Of a DNA stretch of 32,717 bases, positions 11,401 to 21,607 are shown piece after piece. Position 1 is the first letter of the stretch; each line of letters starts with the position of its first letter. The stretch is from assembly GCA_030167865.1 (NCBI GenBank), contig JALAGF010002306.1, positions 62,001 through 94,717 on the forward strand, read 5' to 3'. The DNA comes from Craspedostauros australis (taxonomy: Eukaryota). A model generated the notes under the pieces. It worked only from the letters and a program-made list of their open reading frames with translations, was not told where the DNA came from and ran no database searches. The translations under genes were made by a program, and so were the position numbers.

Positions 11401-12069
11401 AAATGCATTGATCCGTGGATGCGTATTTCTGCATTGCTGGACAAACGCAGGCACGCATGAACACACGCATGCATCCACGCAGCAACAAGCATGCGATGCA
11501 AACTCACCACCCAGCATGATCGTTTGCATGCTGCGCAGAGACCCGATCCAGGTGCTGATCGTCCCTGTGTAGCCGATCGCATCCCACCGAATACTGTTGG
11601 CGTTGCCATTGCTGTTGCAGGCGATGCCCTCCCACCGACAAACGTCCACATCCGACCAACCATCGACGATTTCGTAGAACAGATCCGCGTCCTCTTCCGG
11701 AAAGCCGGACGATTCAAACTTGAGACCGCATCGCACGGCCATGAGGCTGACGCTTTCGCGCCACATTTTGGTCTCGAGGAAATGCGCGACCTCCCCCGCG
11801 ACGGCGGACGGTCCCAACTGCATGAAGTATCGCGGGACGTTGGGGACCTCCAGGACTTCTTCGGTTCCCGTCGGACTGAACTGCAGGAGGACCGTGTCGC
11901 CGTCATCATCCGCTTGTTCGAAGTAGCCGAACGCATCGTGGTCGATGCTGGGCGTCTGCTGGTTGGTGCGCTGCTTCCGCTTGGATTTCCGCACGTACGG
12001 GTTGTTGGCGGTTGCCACCAACAGCAGCAGCGGCAGCAGCTGGATTCGCAGAGCACGATGTCGGTTCAT
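8421..12069 (-). CDS. Secreted leucine-rich-repeat protein (plant-receptor-type LRRs), ~1001 aa, 3 exons
   Basis: Exons 12069-11508, 11139-9301 and 9025-8421. GT-AG introns are phase-consistent and give IMLG/ENELKG and KRV/DLFNN. Signal peptide MNRHRALRIQLLPLLLLVATA, LRRNT cap VCRWEGIAC, many LxLxxNxLxGxIP repeats and two Cys-rich linkers. No transmembrane or kinase domain seen. Confidence 0.88.
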
Positions 12070-12749
12070 GCCGTGTCTGCAAGTGGGACGCGGTGGCTTG
12101 GACTTGAAGTTGGGTGGTTGTCGGGCCTGTTGGTGTCCTCGTACGAGTGGATCGTGCTGCACGTACACCCGATGGAGTGCGCGTACGCGAAGGAAAGATT
12201 GTGGTTGGAGGGTCTCCACCCGTTTTCGTTTTTGGTGTCTTGTTCTCGTTGTTGTTCTCCATTGTTGATTTCCGAGTTTTCCGCCACAATTTAGCGCTAG
12301 CGTTACTGCAATTGAATGGTTGTCGAATTCGGAGCAATATCAAGCTAATCTAGACTGGACAGCCTACGACCCACTTGACCCAATGAGTCAGAATCGAACC
12401 GAGATGGCACGCTTCACACGCACACGCTGACCAACACAACAACAAAACAAGCCAAAACAAACGCTTTGTTGGTTGTTGAAGTCTCACCACGAATGAGAAG
12501 AGTGTTGCCAACAACAACACACAACAAGACAAAAGTGAGGGCAAGAAGAGTGCAAACAGAACACAAACCAACTGCTACGTCATTCGTCACACCATCAACA
12601 GCATCAACAAACCGAGCCTCTCTGCATCGAACTGAAGTCCGAATTGCAACACAACACAACGCAAAGCAACATTCGCTTTCATCACATCGAATCGAATCGC
12701 ATCACACCAATCACATCATAAATATCCAATCGTTCCCCGCCACGCCAAG

Positions 12750-13376
12750 ATGCTCGCCAAACAGATCCTCATCGCCCTGCTCGGCTCCTTCGCCGTGCTC
12801 AGCTCGAATGCGCTGACTCCCTCCGGCCGACGCGCCTTCCTCACCAGGACCGCTGCCGCCGGCGCCGTCGTGGCCACGGGCAGCGCACCCGCGTTGGCCG
12901 AGCTGCCATCGACCGGTGCCAAGGCGCCCGCCTTCGAACTGCCCAACAGCCGCGGCAACGGACTCACGACGTTGGAGGCCTTGACCAAGGACAACAAGTG
13001 GACTGTGCTGTACTTCTACCCCGGTGCCTTCACGTCGGGATGCACCCTGGAGGCACGTGGCTTCCAGCGCGATCTCGATGAATACCGCAAGCTCAACACA
13101 CAGATCGTCGGCGTGTCGGTCGATCCCATCGAGAAGAACGCTCAGTTCTGCACGGAAGAGAAGCTGGATTTCTACATGCTGTCCGACAAGGGTGGCCTGG
13201 TCAGCAAGTCGTACGGTTCGGCCTTGAGCATTCCAGGGTTCGGAACGTTCTCGAACCGTCAGACCTACATCATCGACCCAAGCGGAAACCTCCGATGGGT
13301 CTTCACCGATGTCGAGAGCCACGTCGCCAGACATTCCGCCGAGGTCCTTGGCAAGCTCAAGGAGCTCACCGTTTAA
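12750..13376 (+). CDS. PRXQ: Peroxiredoxin Q/BCP, predicted thylakoid lumen
   Basis: VLYFYPGAFTSGCTLEA (PxxxTxxC), IVGVSVD and RQTYIIDPSG. N-terminal signal peptide, then a twin-arginine RRAFL, a hydrophobic stretch and an ALA cleavage site. Confidence 0.92.
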   Translation: MLAKQILIALLGSFAVLSSNALTPSGRRAFLTRTAAAGAVVATGSAPALAELPSTGAKAPAFELPNSRGNGLTTLEALTKDNKWTVLYFYPGAFTSGCTLEARGFQRDLDEYRKLNTQIVGVSVDPIEKNAQFCTEEKLDFYMLSDKGGLVSKSYGSALSIPGFGTFSNRQTYIIDPSGNLRWVFTDVESHVARHSAEVLGKLKELTV

Positions 13377-14191
13377 GAGGGTGGATGATTCCATCTTGCA
13401 CATGGAGCACTTTGTTTTTATTGCTCGGTGACTCTCGCTCTCGTCGATGATGCCCGTGTGGGCGGTGGTGGTGGTGGTGATGGGATCTGCGTAGCAGAAG
13501 CAGGATTGCACTCGGCACTTTATGACTTTCTTCAATCAACAGATCTCAAGGATAGCAAATACTTGAGTGGAGACCAAGAGGCAACTCAAGTGTTGGAGCA
13601 TGCATAATACCATCCATGGGCCAACGAAGCTCATGGTCCTTGTCACGTTTACAACTCCTACAGAATTGGATGCGACGTGGTCTGGTGTTCAGTACAGAGA
13701 CGAGCCTTCACGCACGATACCAAGCAACGCAAAACATCAATAGAACTCGGCAAAGCCACTCCTCTGCTGTCAATAATGAGCATTCCATTCCGGTCGACAC
13801 ATGAATGAGTACCTGAAAACAGTTGCACTGTCTAGACTAGCAGCGAACATACAAATTAGAGAGAGAGAAAGCTCGACTACAATCCACACAAGAGAAATTC
13901 ATCCAATCGCAGTAGAAGTGGCAAGGAGTGCATTTAGTTCAACTGTGTTGCATTGTCTTACTTCCGAGTACGTTGCGTCATCAGTACGATACATACATTG
14001 CAGATCGCATCACTCCGGTTGGCTTGATCAGTTCGCTTTATTCCACTCCTCTTGGCTTGGCTTGCAGCTTCATTCGTTTTCATGCAATGGATCAATTCAA
14101 TTGACTTTCGATTCTCACATTTTCGATGGCATGCCTCATCCTCCTCTGTCTCCTACTCGTCCCACTCGCACATTTACATGAACATGCACAT

Positions 14192-14791
14192 TTACAAGCC
14201 GGCTCCTGCACTTGATCTGTGGTTGATGAAATCATCGAATTCGTCATTGGATGTTGATTGCTGGATGCCACCGCCTGCGTCCGATGTTGGAGCAGGAGTA
14301 TTGTTCGTAGCGAATGGATCCGGCGTCTCCAACCCAGTGCTCTTGCCAGGTCCCGTCACAGCGCCCTTATTCTTGTCCTCTTCCGAATTCAACAGAAGGT
14401 CATCGAACTGGCTGGTGACATCCGGCGTGGCGGACGCGGCCGTCGTGGAGGCCGCCGCCTCCGAGATGGCGTTGGCATCAATGTCCTCCAGTATCCTCTG
14501 CAGCCGGTCGTTGCATTCGAGGCACTTGATGAGCACGTCTTCCGACAGCGCCCCCTGCGCCGCCACTTCCACCAGCTGCACCATGCGCGGCGCGCAGGCC
14601 TCCAAAAACCCAACGACGGACAGCATGGCCTGCGACGTCTTGAGGGATGGGGGTGGTTGGCCGCCTCCCGGATTCAGCATGGCCTCGCACAGATCCATCT
14701 TCTCCTCCATCGTCTCCAGATCCTTGATGATCTTGGCATCGGCCTCTCCCTTGCGGGCATTCGTGTTGGGCGTCTGTGCTGCGGCGCTCAT
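14192..14791 (-). CDS. GAT-domain protein (TOM1/GGA-like three-helix domain) with acidic tail
   Basis: 199-aa ORF. KIIKDLETMEEKMDLCEAML...LEACAPRMVQLVE...EDVLIKCLECNDRLQRIL fits the GAT pattern. The tail carries DPF and DEFDDF. Confidence 0.72.
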   Translation of the reverse strand: MSAAAQTPNTNARKGEADAKIIKDLETMEEKMDLCEAMLNPGGGQPPPSLKTSQAMLSVVGFLEACAPRMVQLVEVAAQGALSEDVLIKCLECNDRLQRILEDIDANAISEAAASTTAASATPDVTSQFDDLLLNSEEDKNKGAVTGPGKSTGLETPDPFATNNTPAPTSDAGGGIQQSTSNDEFDDFINHRSSAGAGL

Positions 14792-15475
14792 CGTCGCTTC
14801 TCTGTCTCAAGGTCCGCGAGTATTTGCTCTTGTTTCTTTCCAGGTGGATGGGCGGAGGATTCAGCTATTGTATGATTGTCTTCAGAGTATAATACTTGCT
14901 TTGGGCACTCGTACGAACTATGCTTTGCTTTGCATTCAATTACTCTCCGCAATAGTAGTACGACCCAGAGCAAGTGATGGTCCAGATCAAGTCTCGGCAG
15001 ATGGCGCGAGAGGAAGAGAGGAAAGCAGGGAAGGTCCCAAAACGTGGATGGGACACACGAAGTTCTCCGTTTCGCTTCCTTTCGTGTTTTCGGTGTTGTT
15101 TTCTTGTGTCGAATCTTGTCATGGACACAAACTGATGCATCACGTGCACACCACACACCCGATCTTACAGACAAAGCAGCACAATACGAGAAAACAAAAC
15201 TCATGATTCATGTTTGATGTCCATTCACGAGTTCCATGACGCAATCTTCGTCATTCCGATTGTTCAACACTTCATTCAATCCATCAACCAACAACACGAG
15301 CCGCGGCAAAGGTGTCAACGCGCGAGGTGCCAACGAACAATACGCACATCCACATCTTGTCCATTGCAACAGCACATACGCACCACTGAGTATCCATTGT
15401 TGCGTGGATCCCAACAGCAAGAGTACGACCAACTCCAATAAATTGAATCCGTCCATACATTCGAGTTGATTGACG

Positions 15476-16792
15476 ATGAAGATCCATTCCATTCCGTTCG
15501 TTGCGGCTGCCGGTGCTTCGGCAGCAGTGATGGCTGCCATGATGTCCACATCGGCATCTGCTTTTGCATTTCACCCAGGCCAGCACCGCCAACGGCAGCA
15601 GCATCTGCAGCAGCGACAATGGGACAGCGTGCCTTCCACTGCTCTTCAAATGAAGAAGAACAATGATGAAAACAAGAACAACAACGGGAGCAAGATGTCG
15701 TTCCAATCCACGGCTGCCGCATTTGCATTGGGATTGGTGCTGTCCACATCGACAATGTTCGGCGCACAGCAACCGGCCTTTGCCGACACGCCAAAATCTT
15801 ACGACGGATTTGCGGAATACGCCAAGGAGAATCAGATGGAAAAATCCGACGTCGGTTGCTTCATTAACAAGTGCGGTGATCAGACCAAGGCTCTCTTCTC
15901 CAATCCGCGCGGCATCAAGGGTGTCAGCTGCTTGGGACGTTGCAAGGGAGAGCAGTCCTGCTGCACGCGCTGTTTTGCCGAGTTCAGCAGCCCGGATCTG
16001 GACAACTGGCTGTCGTGCGCCATCGAAGAGAACGAGTGCGTCAAGGCGCCCAAGAACATTGACAATTCGGCCGAGAACGCGGGATACTCCACCGTCGTGC
16101 GCAACTTCGATCCCAAGTCTTTGCTGGGCAAATGGTACAAGACCTACGGTCTCGATCCCAACTACGATCTCTTCGATTGCCAATCCAACATCTTCACGCC
16201 CGCGAACGACGATGCCAGCGAGCTGGACATGGACATCTTCTTGCGCATCCGACGCCCCGAATCCGCCGGGGGCGGGTACTGGGAGAACGACCTCAAGGAG
16301 CACATGATCGTGGATGCCGTCCTCAAGGGCGACCAGAAGTCGCAGGCTGAATCCGTCATTGACGATTCCAGATTCTCCAACGAGATCGCGGATCGCACCA
16401 TGCACACGCAGGGCAAGATGTACGGTCTGGAGTTTTACGAGAACTGGTTCATCCTTGGCGAGTCCGATGGCAAGGGCGCCGTGCCTGAATTCAAGCTCGT
16501 CGCCTTCAAGGGACACACCCTGCAGGGCAACTACGAAGGTTCCTTCGTCTATTCCAAGGAGAAAGTGCTGCCGGAAGCCGCCATCCCGGCCGTGCGAGAA
16601 GCCGCCGCCAAGGCCGGCTTGGATTGGGATCAGTACACCCAGATCGACAACACATGTCCCGTCGGAGAACCGCTCAATGATTCCAACAAGGGAACCGGGA
16701 CCTCCACCAGCGAATGGATCGACCTTGTGGTCGGACCGGGTGGCGTGATCGACTGGATCTCGCCAGGTTGGAGAGGCGAGTACAAGAAGTAA
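15476..16792 (+). CDS. VDL1: Violaxanthin de-epoxidase-like protein, VDL1 type
   Basis: Cys-rich N-domain CFINKCGDQTKALFSNPRGIKGVSCLGRCKGEQSC, lipocalin GKWYKTYGLDPNYDLFDCQ and C-terminal VIDWISPGWRGEY. As I recall them, these match diatom VDL1 rather than VDL2. ASA-F signal cleavage site and a lumen-targeting domain ending AFA. Confidence 0.88.
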   Translation: MKIHSIPFVAAAGASAAVMAAMMSTSASAFAFHPGQHRQRQQHLQQRQWDSVPSTALQMKKNNDENKNNNGSKMSFQSTAAAFALGLVLSTSTMFGAQQPAFADTPKSYDGFAEYAKENQMEKSDVGCFINKCGDQTKALFSNPRGIKGVSCLGRCKGEQSCCTRCFAEFSSPDLDNWLSCAIEENECVKAPKNIDNSAENAGYSTVVRNFDPKSLLGKWYKTYGLDPNYDLFDCQSNIFTPANDDASELDMDIFLRIRRPESAGGGYWENDLKEHMIVDAVLKGDQKSQAESVIDDSRFSNEIADRTMHTQGKMYGLEFYENWFILGESDGKGAVPEFKLVAFKGHTLQGNYEGSFVYSKEKVLPEAAIPAVREAAAKAGLDWDQYTQIDNTCPVGEPLNDSNKGTGTSTSEWIDLVVGPGGVIDWISPGWRGEYKK

Positions 16793-17150
16793 ATTGACAG
16801 TTGGTGCGAACCACGATACAGCTGGTACGAAACCTACGCAAGTGCCTTTCATGCTGCTCTAGTATGTATGGTACTCTACATTAAACTATCTTTCATCCTG
16901 CAACTATTGGATCCTGTCATCACTGTGCCCGTTTGTTCGTTTTGACACTGTCAGCAGCCGCAATCGAGGAACAATGCGCGACTCACTGCCGATGATAGCC
17001 AAGTCAAGTAGCTACAATACCACAGAGAGACGAGAGAGGAAGCCATAATAATATCAGAAATAAGCGATTATACTGAAGCAGACAGAGTACTCTCTCTTGT
17101 CGTAGAGCCGAGCAGTGCGGTTGTATGGCTTTCTCAATGGGATGTACAAA

Positions 17151-20100
17151 TCAGGCTTCCGCACGCTTCCGATTGAACACATTGCGAAAGCTCTGCGCTT
17201 TGCGGGGGTGCTTCTTTTCGCCGCCGCCACCAGCACCGCCGTCCTGTCTGTCAGGAGCACGGCCGCTGTCACGCGTTCCCCGGGCCTTCCGTCTTGATCG
17301 GCTCGACGACCGTCGCTTCTTGTCATCGTCATCGCTGCGGCTCCTGCGCGATCGGTGTTCATCACTCGACCGTTTATCGACCACCTCTACAAACGTATCT
17401 CCCACCTGATGCTCGACGCCGCTGGTGCCGCCGCCTTCGGCCATGGTCATATTCTCCATCTGCCGTTCGACGCTGCCTCTTCCGTTGTGTTGACCATGTG
17501 GACGGCTCTTCCGAGACCTGTCCTTGCGCTCGCTGTCATTGCTCTCCGCACGACTTTGGTGGCCACCATTTGGATGCGCCGCTGATGAGGCTGGCTGCGA
17601 ATCGACATCACCCTGTTGCTGGTTCTGCCCTTGCCTCAGGATTGCCAGGGCTCTCTGTTCGCCCGTGAGCTCCACCTTTTGAGGTTCCGGTGGCTTCGAT
17701 TGTGCCGCGCCTGGTTGTTGCTGCCCAACTGAATCGCCCCACGCGCCTGTGTCGAACGCAGCATCGAATGCGTTGTCGGAAGTGGCATTTGGGGAACCCA
17801 TGTTGTCGAATGCGCTGAAGAAACCGCTTGTGTCCGTATCGCCCTTTGTGCCGAAGCCTGTGAGAACGTCATTACAAGTATTGGGCATAGTATGGTGCGG
17901 AATGGGGGATGAGACAGAGATGGTTGGGAGTGTAGGAGGCATGTTGCATTGGATCGTAGAGTAAAGTAAATAGTGCAGAGTGATGGTGCGCATGTGAGCA
18001 TCAATTTGTGCAGGAAGCGCATGTCCGTGTGGCAGATACAAGTGCTCGACGACGGCAACGGTGCATCAAGACACAGTTCACGACAAGCGTGTGCCAACCT
18101 AACCCTTGCCCCGCGCATTCTCGTGCAGGAAACGATCCAAAATAGAATATAGCACATCACAGTGTAGTACAGTGTGCATGCATGCAATTGCGCAATGTCA
18201 TGACACGACACCACACGACACGGACCTTTCATCTCACCGAAGGCAGACGACCCGAATCCATCCTTTTGTGCCGTCTCGCTTGATTTCTCGTTGTTGCTGA
18301 AGTCGCTGTGGAAGGAACCAAAGCCCATGGGGTCCGATGATGTAGTGCTGTTGGCAGTGGCCGTGGAAGTGCGTGCTGTGCTGCTGGTGGGTGCATGGGG
18401 TGGTTTCGAATTCTGTTGCGCCGCCCGTTTCCTTCTTGCGGCGACAGAATTGGAATTGAGCTTCTTTGCCTCCGTCTTCTTGGTTGGGTCATACAGCGAC
18501 TCTTGCACACCCTGCCCGTCTGTTCGAAACGCGCCGACCCTTTCCTTCTTCCGGTCCTTCCCTCCGTCTTCCGACTGACCGCCAGATCCGTCCCCGGACC
18601 TGCTGGATTTGGACACCCGCTGACGAGCAGGTAGCGGCCTACCGGCATACAAGGCTGACAAACACAGGATGACCTCTCGCATATCCGCTCTGGTCTTGTA
18701 ATCCATCACGAGCATCCGGTTGATGAGTTCTGCAAAGTCGCTGCCGTAGGGATCGTCTTCCGGTATCGTGTACTTGCCAGACAGGATGGCGAGGTTGGAA
18801 CCTTCCTCGAAGCAGTTTTGGAAGTACGCCATTTGGTACAAGCAGCAGCCCAGCGCCCACACGTCAGTCCTGTATTGATTGGTGTTGATTGGGAGAGGCG
18901 TGAGATCGCACCATGCGTTGCAGTACGGAGTACGCATTATGCAGCAGGTGGTACGTGCCATACATGAATGATCATTGTAGATGAAAGCGCGTGCACATAC
19001 GATGCCCATGTTTGTGCGCATGTATGCCAATGCGAATGATGTGACGCGAAGTAAAGTAAATTGAAGTGAAGCAGTGGTGAGAACAGGACTTGTTGTCAGT
19101 TCACTCCGTGCGCATGGTACGAATTGCAGTCGCAGAATTCCAAGCAAACCATCACGCATGAAAGAGAAGGCGACACTTACGCTTGGGTCAGCTTTTTCGC
19201 CATGTAGAGATCGACCATCTCGGGAGAACGGAACATCTGCGTGGTGGTTTTCTGTATGTGATCATCGGCGTAGGCTCTGTCCTTGGGTGTTCGGAGGTCC
19301 ACGTGGCCGATGATGGCGGAACCAAAATCGCAGAGCTTGTAGGTGCCGTTGGTGACGAGGAAGTTTGCTGGTTTCAAATCGCGGTGCACAATGGGCGGGT
19401 CCTGCGAGTGGAGGTAGCTGACGGCGTTGCAAATTTGTCCAAAGGCAACGATGATCTCGGTGCGGTCGAACCTCTTGCCTTGCGACATGAGGCGTTGGCA
19501 GACCTCGAGGGCGTGGCCGCCTTCGCAGAATTCCATGAGGATGAAGTGCTGCGGCTTCTCCTTGGATCCGGATGAACCCGAATCCTTCCCCCGTCGACCA
19601 GACGATCCCGTGAACTGCGAGAGCGTGGTGAAGCATGCGCCGTACATCTTGATGATGCATGGGTGCGTGCACCTTGCCAAGAGCTTGGCCTCATTCTCCG
19701 CAATCAGCTTTTGGGCTTTGGAATGGATGGCGGTGACCTTCAAGACAAAGAGCGGACTTCCATCTGGTGCCGTCTTTGTCGAACCGGAGTTCCGCCTGGG
19801 TCCAACAGGTTGCTGCCCGTCCCCTTCGGCATCCTCCTTGACCAAATATACGAATGAGAATCCACCTGAGACGTGAGCGAAAGATGGATGGAGAAGGAGA
19901 GTCGGATTCCGCGTATCCAGTTTGGCGTGGGAAGATTCATGGGTGTGTGGGTGTGTGGATGCATCGGTGCATTGGCCACATGGTAGCATAGTTGGACGTT
20001 CGCATGGATGTACATGTGTTTGCACATGTGCGAATGATACGCCGCCAACAGTACGGTTGGAGTGTGCGGTGCAGAAGAAGGGTGTCAGAAGGGAATGAAA

Positions 20101-20438
20101 CGAATGGAGCAAAATTGGAAACGATGGATCACAACATATGACGCGCAATCTCCATCACAGGGCATTTAATGTTGGATGTTGGATGTTTCTTCCCATCACT
20201 ATTCAAGCATATCATGGAAATACATATATATCTCTGACACATTCCGACCATCAGCAGTATGATTGAATTGCACGTTCCATTCAGTGAATCGCCAAAGCTT
20301 CCGCAGAGCGCATCACAACAGCATAGCATTCCACCCACCTTCTCCAATCATCTTGTTGACAAGCAGTTGCTTGTTGATGATGGTGAGCCGAACGCCGACG
20401 AGCTGCTGCCCGAGACCTCCATTCTCAACGACGGGCAT
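17151..20438 (-). CDS. NAK-family (AAK1/BMP2K/GAK-like) Ser/Thr kinase, ~707 aa, 4 exons
   Basis: Exons 20438-20339, 19865-19181, 18869-18238 and 17857-17151, all GT-AG and phase-consistent. Exon 1 (MPVVENG...KMIGEG) is not in the ORF track. Motifs: GEGGFSFVYLV, VLK, PPIVHRDLKPANFL, KLCDFGSA, TTQMFRSPEMVDLY, DVWALGC. Long disordered tail. Confidence 0.9.
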
Positions 20439-21607
20439 GATTCAGCGTTCCTCTAGCACTGGTGGAGCGTCCTCTGCTGTTCGATCCCGTTCTGAGCGAT
20501 CGAGGAGAAGTCGAATAGTGCGCAGTCGGGAGTCGTCAAGTCCCAAATCGTTGTCCCCGCTCGAACCCGTCCTTCCTTATCACGATGGCGTACTCCCTGA
20601 CGATGCAGTTAGCGGCACCAGAGGTATGCACCTGAAGTGGCGTTGATCGCAGCGATGCTTTGCCAATTGGAAATGGGCGCTGTTTCTCGGGTTGTTCGAG
20701 TATTATATCTCGCAACCCTCCTCGGTCTGGAACGACAGCGCAACCAACTGGCCAACCAGTCAATGGTGCAGTGGAGAGCTTGGACAGATCGAATCTCCGT
20801 CTGCTCTTTTCAGCAACGTGTCCCTATGTTTCTCTCTCTCTGGAGAGAGGACAGTGCTCGTCGGTGCTTCCGGGTACGCAGAAGAAAGAGCAACGAATCG
20901 GATGATGAGCCGATGCTTGATCGCCTTGTTGCTGAATTTTCAGAGCAGTTCAATCTTGGTGACCTCTGTCAGCGAAGCCCCTCGTGCTGCTTTGATCCTC
21001 TTGGATGCGCGTCAACAGCAGCAACAGCAACGGCGATGGTGTTCAGTGACAAATTCAATCAGAGTTGATGCTTTCTCATGCGGCCGATGGTGGTGGCGAT
21101 GTCCGTACGAGTCTCAACCATCCAGAGAGAGAGAGACCTCACCAACAACAACGGGAACGCCTCCGTTTGCGGTGTTGGTCGTGGTGGTTGGTCTTGTGTT
21201 TTGCGGCTTTGCTTTGTTTGTCACGCTGTTGCGTGTCCTTGTCCTGTCAATTCAATTTGTAATGTCACAGTGCGACATCCATGTGACCTTGTGAACGGAA
21301 TGACCCAACAATCACGTCGCTTGGAGTCGATTGAATCGGAACTGGATTTTCTCTAGATTCAACAATGGATAGAGTGCGACGAGACTCTCTCTTCCTTCAG
21401 GAATACAAAGTTGGATCAGCTCTATTACAGCGATCATGGTAGAAGTTTGCAGGAGGACATGTCATGAGCAACAAAGGTGTCCTCTATAACAGAGCGACAG
21501 CGGATAGAATCGAACATGTAATAGACGTTGTACAATGGTCCACGAGTAGTTTACGAACGCTCTTGTGCTCGTTGAACCCGAAATGCAACGTATCGATCTC
21601 CTGCATC

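Noticed and set aside
9242-11488. 748-aa ORF taken as a complete gene
   Set aside because: Both ends read into introns; it is the middle exon of the LRR gene.
13561-13591. 8-bp inverted repeat ACTTGAGT...ACTCAAGT
   Set aside because: Too short to distinguish from chance; no evidence for a MITE or RNA structure.
15476-16792. VDE/VDL-ZEP carotenoid gene cluster
   Set aside because: No zeaxanthin epoxidase-like gene in the window; the neighbours are unrelated.
15284-16852. 522-aa antisense ORF over VDL1
   Set aside because: It mirrors the VDL1 codons, a codon-bias artefact. The same applies to 21873-22991, 12711-13535 and 14052-15206.
20440-21350. Several 75-200 aa ORFs upstream of the NAK kinase
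   Set aside because: No coding-like motifs; consistent with a long 5' UTR or promoter containing simple repeats.
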